A DNA stretch of 64,000 nt from an uncultured Pseudomonadota bacterium (GCA_963749075.1 CAVVLJ010000017.1:256001-320000); one strand, 5' to 3'. Counted from the first letter of the stretch, positions 9,720-19,754 are shown. Program-made: numbers and translations. The notes: generated by a model not told the origin, from the sequence alone.

Positions 9720-10442
9720 GTGGACCTGGGCGGCTACTTCACCCTGATCGGCTTCGGGCCGGAGGGATGGGGTGGCCAGCTCCTCCGCGCCGCCTTGATG
9801 ACGCTCGCCGTCTCGTCCAGCGCGTTCGCCACGAGCCTCGTCTTCGGCACGCTCGGCGCCGCGGCCAAGCTGTCGCGGAGCGGCACCGCGCGCGCCCTCG
9901 CCGACGCCTATACGACGGTGATGCGCGGCGTGCCAGACCTCCTCGTAATCTACCTCTTCTACTTCGGCGGCAGCCAGGCGCTCACCTCGCTCGGCCACCT
10001 CCTCGGCCACCGGGGGTTCCTCGGCCTCGACGCCTTCATGGTCGGCACGCTCGCGGTGGGCATCGTCTCCGGCGCCTACCAGACCGAGGTGATCCGTGGC
10101 GCCTATCTCGCCATCCCGCCGGGCGAGATCGAGGCCGCGCGCGCCGCCGGCATGGGCCGGCTGCTCACGATGCGGCGCATCACCGGCCCGCGCACGCTGC
10201 GCTTCGCCCTTCCCGGCATGGGCAACGTCTGGCAGCAGGTCTTGAAGGAGTCGGCGCTGATCTCCGTGACGGGCCTCGCCGAGATCATGCGGACGATTCA
10301 CGTCGGCGCCGGCTCGACGCGCCTGCCCTTCGATTTCTACGTCACGGGCTTCCTTCTTTATCTGGCACTCACCACCCTCTCGGGCTTCGCCTTCCGCGGT
10401 GCCGAGGCGCGGACGATGCGGCCCGAGCGCCGGCCGGCCTGA
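9720..10442 (+). CDS. Polar amino acid ABC permease (HisQ/OccQ-like)
   Basis: RGVPDLL, GAYQTEVIRG, EAA motif. Confidence 0.9.
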   Translation: MDLGGYFTLIGFGPEGWGGQLLRAALMTLAVSSSAFATSLVFGTLGAAAKLSRSGTARALADAYTTVMRGVPDLLVIYLFYFGGSQALTSLGHLLGHRGFLGLDAFMVGTLAVGIVSGAYQTEVIRGAYLAIPPGEIEAARAAGMGRLLTMRRITGPRTLRFALPGMGNVWQQVLKESALISVTGLAEIMRTIHVGAGSTRLPFDFYVTGFLLYLALTTLSGFAFRGAEARTMRPERRPA

Positions 10443-10446
10443 GGCG

Positions 10447-11133
10447 ATGGAGCCGGCCTTTCTCGCGTCCACCATGGTTCGCCTCCTGGCGGGCGTGCCG
10501 CTCACCGTCGAGCTTGCCGCGATCTCGATCTCCGCCGGCGCCGCGATCGCCGTGCTCTTCGCCATCTTGCGCGCGAGCTCGACGGCGGGCGCCTGGTTCG
10601 TGCGAAGCTACGTCTACGTTCTGCGCGGCACCCCGCTCCTCCTGCAGATCTTCCTCGTCTATTACGGCCTCGGCCAGTTCGCGGCCGTGCGCGAGAGCCT
10701 CCTCTGGCCCTTCCTGCGCCAGCCCTTCTGGTGCGCCATCCTGGCGCTCACGCTTAACACCGCGGCCTACGGCTCGGAGATCGTGCGGGGCGGGCTGCAG
10801 TCCGTGCCGCAGGGCGCCATCGACGCGGCGCGCGTCTCCGGCATGTCGGGCCTTCTCCTCTACCGCCGCATCGTGCTGCCCCTGGCGCTGCGCCAGGCGC
10901 TGCCGGCCTATGGCAACGAGATCATCCTCATGGTCAAATCGACCTCGCTCGCCTCGATCGTGACGCTCATGGAAGTGTCGGGTATCGCCTACTCCATCGT
11001 CTCGGAGACCTACCGCGCCTTCGAGACCTTCCTCTGCGCCGGCTCGATCTACCTCGTGCTCAACTTCCTCCTCGCGCGCGGCGTGGCTTCGCTCGAACGC
11101 CGCCTCAACGCGCATCTCAGGCCCGCCCAATGA
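10447..11133 (+). CDS. Polar amino acid ABC permease (HisM/OccM-like)
   Basis: RGTPLLLQIF, LNTAAYGSEIVRG, KSTSLAS. Confidence 0.9.
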   Translation: MEPAFLASTMVRLLAGVPLTVELAAISISAGAAIAVLFAILRASSTAGAWFVRSYVYVLRGTPLLLQIFLVYYGLGQFAAVRESLLWPFLRQPFWCAILALTLNTAAYGSEIVRGGLQSVPQGAIDAARVSGMSGLLLYRRIVLPLALRQALPAYGNEIILMVKSTSLASIVTLMEVSGIAYSIVSETYRAFETFLCAGSIYLVLNFLLARGVASLERRLNAHLRPAQ

Positions 11134-11161
11134 CCGCTCTGCGAGCGACGGCACTCCGCGC

Positions 11162-11929
11162 ATGACCGCCGCGATCTCCGCCAAGGACATCCACAAGCGC
11201 TACGGCGCCAACGAGGTGCTCAGGGGTATCACGCTCGAGGCCCACCCCGGCGAGGTGATCGCCATCATCGGCGCCTCCGGCTCGGGCAAGAGCACGCTTC
11301 TGCGCTGCATCTCGCTCCTCGAGCCCCCCGATTCCGGCAGCATCGCGATCGGCGGCGAGACGATCCGCATGAAGAGCCGCCGCGGCCGCCTGGAGCCGGC
11401 GGACAGCGCGCAGGTCAACCGCATCCGCGCCTCGCTCGGCTTCGTCTTCCAGAGCTTCAACCTGTGGGCGCACATGACCGTGCTCGAGAACGTCATCGAG
11501 GCGCCGGTCCACGTGCAGAAGCGCCGGCGCAGCGAAGCGGTGGCCGAGGCCGAGGCCATCCTCGAGAAGGTCGGCATGGCGGAGAAGCGCAACAGCTACC
11601 CGGCCCATCTCTCGGGCGGCCAGCAGCAGCGCGCGGCCATCGCACGGGCGCTCGCCATGCGCCCGCAGGGGCTGCTCTTCGACGAGCCGACCTCGTCCCT
11701 CGATCCCGAGCTCGTGGGCGAGGTGCTGCGGGTGATCGGCGCCCTCGCCGAGGAAGGCCGCACCATGCTGATCGTCACCCACGAGATGGCCTTCGCGGCC
11801 GAGGTCAGCGGCCGCGCCATCTTCCTCGATGCCGGCCGCATCGAGGAGGAAGGCCCGCCCGCCCAGGTGCTCGGCAATCCGCTCACCGAGCGCTGCCGGC
11901 AGTTCCTGGTGCGCCACATCAACCGCTGA
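11162..11929 (+). CDS. Polar amino acid ABC ATP-binding protein
   Basis: Walker A GASGSGKS, LSGGQQQR, FDEPTS. Confidence 0.95.
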   Translation: MTAAISAKDIHKRYGANEVLRGITLEAHPGEVIAIIGASGSGKSTLLRCISLLEPPDSGSIAIGGETIRMKSRRGRLEPADSAQVNRIRASLGFVFQSFNLWAHMTVLENVIEAPVHVQKRRRSEAVAEAEAILEKVGMAEKRNSYPAHLSGGQQQRAAIARALAMRPQGLLFDEPTSSLDPELVGEVLRVIGALAEEGRTMLIVTHEMAFAAEVSGRAIFLDAGRIEEEGPPAQVLGNPLTERCRQFLVRHINR

Positions 11930-12487
11930 GGCGGAGCGGGGCGGGCAAGAGGGCTTGGAATGCGAGCATATGGACCTGCGGTCGCAAGCGAACGGGGCAT
12001 CTTGGCGAAGGCACGACCGTCGGCGGCCCGGCTGCCGCAGCGGGTCGCGCGACGCCGGCAGTACTCGGCATTGCTGAGCGAGGTTTCCGACATGGGCCGC
12101 TATGCGGACGTCGAGCCCGGGCGCTGCAATTTCGCACACTACCCTGGGCGGACCCTTACCCAGGTCTATCTGAAGGCCGGCAGTGGGTGGAGGGCGAACG
12201 CAGAAGTTGGCCGCATGGAGGTCCGCTCTGCGCCCACGTCGGTCACCGGCGTACCGCGGTCGACTTCCCGAAAGCCGACAAAGCATCGCGGGGCCTAGTC
12301 GGCCGGGACGGGTGGGAAGCCGTCACTCGCTCATGCGGCCTCAATGACGCCGGTGTGCCATTAGCTGTCGTCCAATGCATCAGTTGGAGCGGCCACGCTC
12401 GCCGGTACCCATATCACGTGACAGCTCAGGGTTGCTTTGCAGCCGCCATAGAAACAGAATTCACGCGAACGCGGCCGGATGTGACCG

Positions 12488-13522
12488 ATGAAAACCTGCA
12501 TCTACTGCAAACGAGATAACAGTGCGACCACTTTCGAGGGCGTCGAACACGTCATCCCGGAGGCATTCGGGACCTTTGGCTCAGAAACGCCGACATTGGA
12601 TTGCGTGTGCGATGAATGCAATGGGCATTTCGGCAAGACGCTCGACATCTATCTTGCTCGCGAGACAGTGGAAGGTGTCGTTCGATACGGCAAGGGCATT
12701 TCTTCGTCTGCGGTGCGACCACAGAAGCACCTCAAGATCACTTTGGATGCTGGGCCGGAAACGGGGCAATTCGCCGGGATGCGGGTCGCTATCGACGGCA
12801 CACGCGGCGAGCTCATGAGGCCGCTCGCTCAATTTCAAATTCTCAACCAAAAGACCGGCCAGCTCGAGACGTACTTCAAGACCCAGATTCATGATCTGAA
12901 GCTACCAGAAGACGTATACGGCAAGCCCGGTGATGGAAGCACCAATGGCACCTGGAAGTGCAATATCTTTTCAGCGTCTCAGAAAGACCACGACGAGATG
13001 GTCGAGGCATTGAGGGCAATTGGGATCGACTTTAGGCCAGGTACACCGTTTAGCATGCCCGAACCAATAATACCCATCGGTGAAGGCCACGAAGACAATT
13101 CGCTTCCCGTTTTGATCGAGGGTGAAGTCACGGATACGCACCGGATGGCGCTTGCAAAGATATTCTTGAACGTCATTGCGAAGTTTTTGGGCAGCGACGA
13201 AGCCTTAAAGCCGCATTGGGATTTTCTCCGGCGGTTCGCTCGCTATGGAGAAGGCACAATCAAGTATAGGGTGCTGGAGAATCCATTTCCGCGCGAGCAG
13301 GAGAGCGAGGCGCTCCAGATGATCCGAGAGAGTATTACTGTACGCATTGAGAACCTTCGTGGCCATGTCGTTGGCTCAATCCAATTCTATGGGAATCAAA
13401 TGTACCAGTTCATTCTCCGTGAGAATGCCTCGTTACCTGAAGAACAGGTGTTCGGATACTGCTTCACCAATGGTCAGGCGCCGCGCCGGCTCTTTCGGAG
13501 CAAATTGCCGGGGTTACGGTGA
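12488..13522 (+). CDS. HNH endonuclease domain protein with large unknown C-terminal region
   Basis: CIYC...EHVIPEAFG...CVCDECNGHFG zinc-finger HNH pattern; atypical lower-GC codon usage. Confidence 0.8.
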   Translation: MKTCIYCKRDNSATTFEGVEHVIPEAFGTFGSETPTLDCVCDECNGHFGKTLDIYLARETVEGVVRYGKGISSSAVRPQKHLKITLDAGPETGQFAGMRVAIDGTRGELMRPLAQFQILNQKTGQLETYFKTQIHDLKLPEDVYGKPGDGSTNGTWKCNIFSASQKDHDEMVEALRAIGIDFRPGTPFSMPEPIIPIGEGHEDNSLPVLIEGEVTDTHRMALAKIFLNVIAKFLGSDEALKPHWDFLRRFARYGEGTIKYRVLENPFPREQESEALQMIRESITVRIENLRGHVVGSIQFYGNQMYQFILRENASLPEEQVFGYCFTNGQAPRRLFRSKLPGLR

Positions 13523-13663
13523 TAGTTTACCAAACAGTGCTGGGTCACATGGTGCGGGAATTGCAGGGCAAGTTGCGTCCCTTGATCGCATTCATATGCG
13601 ACACCTGCGCTACTTGCAGGCGAACGGGATGATCAAAGAGCCCGACGAAGGATGGTTGCAGGC

Positions 13664-14539
13664 ATGAACCTCGAGCAACTGAAAAAGGACGTCGGATACC
13701 GGGTCAAGCTCGTCCCACCAGCCTATCATCTTGACGCTGCCGGAGAACCGATACCCTTCGAGGACGAAGACTGGATCATCATGGCGGTGACCAATGAGTA
13801 CGTCGAGATCAATACTGCCTCGGGTCACTTCTACCGTCTTGGTAAGGACCACGTCAGAAGCTTCACGACAGATCCGCATCGCGCCTCCGACGGGCTGAAT
13901 CATGCCTTCCTGCAGTTGCACGTTCAGCTTTACATACGTGGTGCAGATGTGACCGCGATACCCAATCATCAGCCTGGCGCGCCGGTGCCGCCGCCGCTCA
14001 ATCCTGCCCTCAGGGCGCGGGCAATCTTCGTCCCCGAATTGGAGCGGGTGTTTCGGCGCCAAGTGCAGATCCTCGACAGAGTTGTGGTCAACTTCTCCGT
14101 AACCTCTAACGACATGCTGGGGACTCACCAAGCTATCCGACCGGGCGACACGTGGGAATCATTGAGGCCCGTTCAGCCGCGCCTGTTTCCCCAGGTCGCC
14201 GTGTATCGCGATCTTTCGGCGTCCGATGTCGAGTTGCTGGCTGAGTTCTACGGCGCCGTGAGCGAGGTCGCTGACCTGATCGAGCATTGGGCGGGGACTA
14301 TGGCGTTGACCGAGTACAATGCCTGGAACGTCTTGATGCACAAGGTGCGGCACAGCCTCCGAATGGGCGAGTTGGCAGTACAGAAGCTCTGTCATGATCG
14401 CGCCTACGATGCGACCATGCCCGCCGGAGGGAGTTTGCTATCGCAGTCCCAAAGGGTCCTGACCGCAGCTGACAAAGCGCGAGAGGTCTTTATGGCGAAG
14501 TTCGCGACTTTGCAGCAAAGGACAGCCGTACCGAGCTAA
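13664..14539 (+). CDS. Hypothetical protein (islet gene, no recognisable family)
   Basis: Long ORF with globular amino-acid composition in lower-GC region. Confidence 0.7.
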   Translation: MNLEQLKKDVGYRVKLVPPAYHLDAAGEPIPFEDEDWIIMAVTNEYVEINTASGHFYRLGKDHVRSFTTDPHRASDGLNHAFLQLHVQLYIRGADVTAIPNHQPGAPVPPPLNPALRARAIFVPELERVFRRQVQILDRVVVNFSVTSNDMLGTHQAIRPGDTWESLRPVQPRLFPQVAVYRDLSASDVELLAEFYGAVSEVADLIEHWAGTMALTEYNAWNVLMHKVRHSLRMGELAVQKLCHDRAYDATMPAGGSLLSQSQRVLTAADKAREVFMAKFATLQQRTAVPS

Positions 14540-14570
14540 CGGCGGTATGGAGTAGGTTATCGGCCAGCCC

Positions 14571-14862
14571 AACGTCCGCCCTGGGGCAGCAACAGCGGGA
14601 CCCGCCGATGCCTATGGATGACCGCTTCGGGTCGAATGCGGCCGAGATGCTGTCCGACACTAACGTCCGATTCGCCGGGACCGGCACCTGAAAGCGGTCA
14701 GACCGCTTTCGGCCAAACTTCAGACATTGGCGTGTATGTGGCTAAGGTCTGCCGTGGGTCGGATCCGGTTGTTCGGTCGACGTGACACAAATAACCGCTC
14801 CTGGCACAACTCGACCGTATCGCATCGCGCGAGCGGCGACCGCTCACCGATCCAAAGCGGAC
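14571..14862. repeat. Cluster of short GTCCGC/ACCGCT..AGCGGWC palindromic motifs at right edge of islet
   Basis: Perfect IR GAAAGCGGTC-A-GACCGCTTTC at 14690-14710; AACGTCCG at 14571 and 14662; AAAGCGGAC at 14854; related GTCCGCT...AAAGCCGAC at 12221-12279. Confidence 0.5.
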
Positions 14863-14903
14863 TTCGGCTGATAACCCCTGAGGCGCGCTTTCTCGCTCTA
14901 GCC

Positions 14904-15545
14904 CTATTGCCCGCTCAGCGTCATGCGCAGCTCTGCGCCGTCGGCACCTTCCTCGTTCACCATCTCGAGGGTGGCGTGGACGAGCGCCTGGCGGTAGGTC
15001 TTGTGCGCGCCGGCGTAGGTCTTGTAGCCCTCGCTCGGCTCGCGCGGGAGATTGGGCTTGGCATAGCCGGGGCCGGTGATGACCGTCTCGGACGAGGTGA
15101 GACGGTGCTCGACCTCGCTCGCCAAGAGAGCGAGCGCCCCGGCATCGGTCGGCGGCGGCGCGTTGCCGAGGAAGCTCTTGGCGATGTCGCGGGCGAAGGG
15201 CCCGTCGCCGGCGCTGTCGATGAACGAGCGCAGCAGCAGGAGATCGGCCCGCCGCACGGTGCCGCCCGCGTCGATCGTCGCCTCCAAGGTGGCGAGGCTA
15301 TGGAAGCGCGCTCCGCTCGGCTGGTAGCGCACGACCGTGAGGCCGCCGGAGGCATCGGCCCGCCCGCTTTCCACCAGGTGGAACCAGCCGAAAAAGCCGC
15401 TGTGCTCGACCTCTGCGAGCGGCCGGCCGAGAAAGCCCGCGGCCGGATCCGCGGCCGCGGCTCCGCCGGCCAAGGAGAGTGCTGCCGCGAACAGGGCGGC
15501 TCCCCGGATCAGCCGAGCGAGCGGACGGGCCATACGCTCCTCCAT
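14904..15545 (-). CDS. Hypothetical exported protein
   Basis: Signal-peptide-like N-terminus (LARLIRGAALFAAALSLAGGAAAA); host codon usage. Confidence 0.65.
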   Translation of the reverse strand: MEERMARPLARLIRGAALFAAALSLAGGAAAADPAAGFLGRPLAEVEHSGFFGWFHLVESGRADASGGLTVVRYQPSGARFHSLATLEATIDAGGTVRRADLLLLRSFIDSAGDGPFARDIAKSFLGNAPPPTDAGALALLASEVEHRLTSSETVITGPGYAKPNLPREPSEGYKTYAGAHKTYRQALVHATLEMVNEEGADGAELRMTLSGQ

Positions 15546-15627
15546 GCAATTCCCTTTGCCGCGACTCGCTAAAATTCCGCATTTTTTCTGTCGTTCGCGG
15601 CCGGCGTTGCAATTATCATGCGCCGTC

Positions 15628-16629
15628 ATGTCCGCCGCAAGCGAAGAGGCCCGCGGCCGCTGGCCGCGCATCACCATCCTGACGCCGTGCCTGAACGCGG
15701 CGCCGCACATCGCCGCGGCGCTCGACAGCGTGGCACGCCAGCACTATCCCGAGCTCGAGCATATCGTGCTCGACGGCGGCTCGCGCGACGGTACCCTCGA
15801 GACGCTGCGGCACTACCCGGCGCTCACGGTAATCAGCGAACCCGACGACGGCCCGCACGATGCCATGAACAAGGGGCTCGCGCGCGCCTCGGGCGACATC
15901 GTGGGCTTCCTCAATGCCGACGATGTCTATCCCGACGGGCTCCTCCTCGAGGTCGGGCGGAGCTTCAGGGACGACCCGGAGCTTGCCGTCGCGGTCGGCG
16001 GCTCCCTCGTCCTCGAGCGCGACCGCGCCGGGCGCGAGCGGCCGGTGGTCGCCCGCGCGCATGCGCGGGAGAGCGGCTTCTGGCTCCCCGAGCTCGCCTT
16101 CGGCGCTCCCGGCTTCAACGCGCGCTTCTTCCGCCGCAGCCTCTTCGCCCGCATCGGCAACTTCGACACCGGCTATTTCATCGCCGCCGACCGCCAGTTC
16201 CTCATCCGCGTAGCACTGGCCGGCCTCAAGGCCAGGCACCTCGAGCGCCCGGGCGTGCACTATCTGCGCCATCCCGGCTCGCGCACGCTCAATGCGGAGC
16301 GCCGCCTGGCGCCGGCCATAGCGCTCGAGCACATTCGCATGGCGCGGGACTTCGCCGGGACGAAGGGCATCTCGAGCGGGGCGCGGCGCACCTTCAGGGC
16401 CTGGCGCGCGCTCGAGAGCGGCAAGCTCATTCTCCACGACATGGGCGCGGGACACCTCGGGGAGGCCTTGGCCCGGCTCGGCGGCCTCTGCCTCAGCGAC
16501 CCCTTATGGCCGCTCCATCTCCTGGAAGCGAGCGCCTTGCGCGCCACCGTGCTGAAGGGCGAGCGCCTTGCCGAAACGCCGCCGCCGGCCGTCGAGCTGC
16601 CCGAGGAGCGCCAGGAGCCGGCGGCTTGA
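15628..16629 (+). CDS. GT2 family glycosyltransferase
   Basis: ITILTPCLNAA, LDGGSRDGT, SEPDDGPHDAMNKG, GFLNADD. Confidence 0.92.
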   Translation: MSAASEEARGRWPRITILTPCLNAAPHIAAALDSVARQHYPELEHIVLDGGSRDGTLETLRHYPALTVISEPDDGPHDAMNKGLARASGDIVGFLNADDVYPDGLLLEVGRSFRDDPELAVAVGGSLVLERDRAGRERPVVARAHARESGFWLPELAFGAPGFNARFFRRSLFARIGNFDTGYFIAADRQFLIRVALAGLKARHLERPGVHYLRHPGSRTLNAERRLAPAIALEHIRMARDFAGTKGISSGARRTFRAWRALESGKLILHDMGAGHLGEALARLGGLCLSDPLWPLHLLEASALRATVLKGERLAETPPPAVELPEERQEPAA

Positions 16630-16635
16630 CGGCCG

Positions 16636-18138
16636 TCAAGCGGGGCTCTCGGCCTCGGCACCCTCCAGCAGCATGCGCCTGAGCTTGTGTCCCGCCATTT
16701 GCGCCACGTGCGCGCGGGTGTCGCCGCCGAACTTGCGGCCCACCATGTCGAGGTAGGGCCGGCTCGCGAAGTAACGGTCGAAGGCCGCGTCGCGGAAGCT
16801 CAAGACCTCCCGCGCGGAGAGCTTGGCGGTCGGCAGCGGCAGGCAGTCGTGGCTGTGCTGCGCGAAGCCGCTCCAGCTCGCGGGCAGCGCCCAGCCGTTC
16901 TCGAGGGCGGTGCGGTAGAGGGGCGAGCCGGGATAGGCCATCGCCGAGTAGAAATTGGCGAACTCGCAGTTGAGCGCGAGCGCCAGCTGCAGCGTCTCCT
17001 CCATGGTCTCGAAATCGTCGTCGGGCAGGCCGAAGATGAAGTTGCCGATGACGTTGATGCCGGCCTCCTGGATCTGCCGCACCGCAGCCGTGATGTCATC
17101 CTGGCCGAAGGATTTCTCGGCGCCGTCGCGCACGTGGGCGCTGCCCGACTCGATGCCGAGCGCGAGCCAGCGCACCCCCGCCTTGCGCATGGGTGCCAGG
17201 AGGCGCTCCTTCACCGTATCGACGCGCGCATAGGCCCAGATATTGAGGTCGAGGCCGCGCGCGATGAGATGCTCGCACACGCCCAGCACGTGGCGCTCGT
17301 TGAGCACGAACATCTCGTCGACGATCTTGAAGGTGCGCACGCCGTATTGGTCGTGGAGCAACGCGATCTCGTCTGCCACGGCCTCGGGCTTGCGCATACG
17401 GTAGCGGTTGCTGCCGAAGGGCGCGTTGATGCAGCAGAAGCTGCAGGAATAGGGGCAGCCGAGCGAGGTATAGACCGAGGCGTAGGGCTGGCGCCGGGCG
17501 AGCTCGCCGAAGCACTGCCAGTTGTGCGCCCGGTACTTCGCCATGGGCAGGAGCTCCCAGACGTTGCCGTGGAGCTCGCCGTCGAGATCCTTGATGAGCG
17601 GCGGCGCGGGCGTGCTCTGCACCCTCCCCTCCTCGCGATAGACGAGTCCGGGCACGCCCGCGAGATCGGGCGCACCGCCGCCGTCGAGCGCCTGAAGGAG
17701 GGCCACGACCGTGGCCGGCCCCTCGCCGTTGCAGGCGAAGTCGACCGCCTCCTCGGCGAGCGTGCGCTCGGGCAGTGCCGCCACATGGCCGCCGAGGATG
17801 ATGATCTTCTGCTCCGGGAGTGCTGCCTTGATGGCGCGGCAGGCCGGCCCGGCCGCGGCCATCTGCTGGGTCGAGGCCGAGGGCTGATGGCCGTAGACCA
17901 CCATGGCGGCGAGGCGCGGCCGCAGGGAGGCGACCCGTGCCGCCACCGCCTCGGGCCCCCAGCCTTCGGCCTCGGCATCGAGGATGGCGACTCTGTGGCC
18001 GCGGTCGCGGGCATAGCCGGCGATGAGCCGGCACCAGAGCGGCGGCTCGATGGCGCTGAGGCCCTCGCCGAGCCCCTGGTAGGCCGTCTCGCGGCCGCCC
18101 GGATTGATGAGCAAAAGGTCGAGCTCGGACTCCGTCAT
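16636..18138 (-). CDS. Cobalamin-binding radical SAM protein (class B)
   Basis: N-terminal B12-binding domain (ILGGHV, CNGEG), GCPYSCSFC motif, VDEMF, LGIESGS, FIFGLP. Confidence 0.92.
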   Translation of the reverse strand: MTESELDLLLINPGGRETAYQGLGEGLSAIEPPLWCRLIAGYARDRGHRVAILDAEAEGWGPEAVAARVASLRPRLAAMVVYGHQPSASTQQMAAAGPACRAIKAALPEQKIIILGGHVAALPERTLAEEAVDFACNGEGPATVVALLQALDGGGAPDLAGVPGLVYREEGRVQSTPAPPLIKDLDGELHGNVWELLPMAKYRAHNWQCFGELARRQPYASVYTSLGCPYSCSFCCINAPFGSNRYRMRKPEAVADEIALLHDQYGVRTFKIVDEMFVLNERHVLGVCEHLIARGLDLNIWAYARVDTVKERLLAPMRKAGVRWLALGIESGSAHVRDGAEKSFGQDDITAAVRQIQEAGINVIGNFIFGLPDDDFETMEETLQLALALNCEFANFYSAMAYPGSPLYRTALENGWALPASWSGFAQHSHDCLPLPTAKLSAREVLSFRDAAFDRYFASRPYLDMVGRKFGGDTRAHVAQMAGHKLRRMLLEGAEAESPA

Positions 18139-18258
18139 GGGCCACTCTGCTTCCTGTCCAGCCGCTGCCGCCCGCCAGTATAGCGCCGATCCCGGCGGCG
18201 CTGTGCTACGTTTCCCCTCTTCCGCGCCTGCGAAGCGCGCATACGCTCGAGAGGTACG

Positions 18259-18762
18259 ATGGCCAAGGCCGATCACCTGCTGTCCGCGCGCAAGCGCCTC
18301 GTCGGGCAGGACGCGGTCGCGGCGCTCATCGTGCGGGCCAACGGCAGGTACGTGCTGCAGCTGCGCAGCGACAAGCCGTCGATCTGGTATCCCGGCCACT
18401 GGGGCCTCTTCGGCGGCGCCGTCGACCGCGGCGAGGAGCCGCTTGCGGCACTCTACCGCGAGCTCCGGGAGGAGCTCGAGTACGAGCCGCGCGCGGCCGA
18501 ATATTTCGCGCGCTTCGACTTCGACCTCGCGACCCTCGGCCAGGGCTGCCTCCGGCGCACCTTCTATCTCGTCGAGGCGACGGTGGCGGAGTTCCGCCGC
18601 TTCCGCCTGCACGAGGGCGAGGCGGTCGCGGCCTTGCGGGCCGAGGAGCTCTTCGACGGGCGCCGGCTCGTGCCCTACGACGCCTTTGCCCTCTGGCTCC
18701 ATCGCGCGCGCCGCCGCCTGCAAGGAGCGCCGCGGCAACGCCGGCCGGCGGCACGCCGATGA
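18259..18762 (+). CDS. NUDIX hydrolase
   Basis: WGLFGGAVDRGEEPLAALYRELREEL Nudix box. Confidence 0.88.
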   Translation: MAKADHLLSARKRLVGQDAVAALIVRANGRYVLQLRSDKPSIWYPGHWGLFGGAVDRGEEPLAALYRELREELEYEPRAAEYFARFDFDLATLGQGCLRRTFYLVEATVAEFRRFRLHEGEAVAALRAEELFDGRRLVPYDAFALWLHRARRRLQGAPRQRRPAARR

Positions 18763-18886
18763 GCTTCCGCTAGCTCGAAGGGGGAAACTTTAGCGTCTTG
18801 CCCTACGGTAAGGGGTGCTGGAGCATTTGCCTGCCGCGTGCCGAAGGAGGCACAATGGCGCGCGCTGGCGAAGGGCGGGAGGGGAC

Positions 18887-19735
18887 GTGCAAAGCGTGCA
18901 AGAGAGGATCTCGGTCGAGCGGACGGCCGGCGCCTTGGGCGCCGAGATCGGCGGCGTCGATTTGGCGCGCGGCTGCGGCGACGAGACCATCGCGGCGATC
19001 CGCCAGGCGCTCCTCGACCATCTCGTCGTCTTCGTCCGCGGCCAGCGGGATCTCTCGCCCGCCCGGTTCCTCGCCTTCGCGCGCCGCTTCGGCCGGCCCG
19101 TCGAATATCCCTTCGTGCGCGGCATCGAAGGCTTTCCCGAGATCATCGAGGTGGCCAAGCTCGAGCACGAGCGCGTCAATTTCGGCGGCGTCTGGCATTC
19201 CGACACGAGCTATCTCGCGGAGCCTCCCATGGGCTCGATGCTGATCGCCCGCGAGGTGCCGCCCGCCGGCGGCGACACCCTCTTCGCCAACATGTATCTC
19301 GCCTACGAGACGCTCTCGGACGGCATGCGGCGCATGCTCGACGGCCTCGTTGCGGTCAACAGCTCGGCCAAGGCGGACGTGACGCGCACGCGCGAGGACC
19401 GCGTCAAGGACAGCCCCGCCCAGGGAGCCAGGCGCGAATACATAGCCGAGCATCCTGTCGTGCGCACCCATCCCGAGACCGGGCGCAAGGCGCTCTATGT
19501 CAACGTGGCGCATACGGTGCGCTTCAAGGACATGAGCGAGGAGGAGAGCGCCGGGCTCCTCGATTATCTCTTCCGCCACCAGGTGCGTCCCGAGTTCACC
19601 TGCCGCTTCCGCTGGGAGGTGGGCTCGCTCGCCTTCTGGGACAACCGTGCTGCGCAGCACAACCCGATCAACGACTATCACGGCTACCGGCGCGTCATGC
19701 ACCGCATGACGCTCGCCGGCGAGCGGCCGCGCTGA
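18887..19735 (+). CDS. TauD/TfdA family 2-oxoglutarate-dependent dioxygenase
   Basis: LGAEIGGVDL, WHSD, GGDTLFANM, HPVVRTHPETG, WDNR..QH, MHR. Confidence 0.93.
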   Translation: MQSVQERISVERTAGALGAEIGGVDLARGCGDETIAAIRQALLDHLVVFVRGQRDLSPARFLAFARRFGRPVEYPFVRGIEGFPEIIEVAKLEHERVNFGGVWHSDTSYLAEPPMGSMLIAREVPPAGGDTLFANMYLAYETLSDGMRRMLDGLVAVNSSAKADVTRTREDRVKDSPAQGARREYIAEHPVVRTHPETGRKALYVNVAHTVRFKDMSEEESAGLLDYLFRHQVRPEFTCRFRWEVGSLAFWDNRAAQHNPINDYHGYRRVMHRMTLAGERPR

Positions 19736-19754
19736 GGACGAGGGAGCGAGCGCA

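Noticed and set aside
11960-12298. 112-aa ORF at the left edge of the islet
   Set aside because: No motif or convincing RBS; may be a decayed fragment
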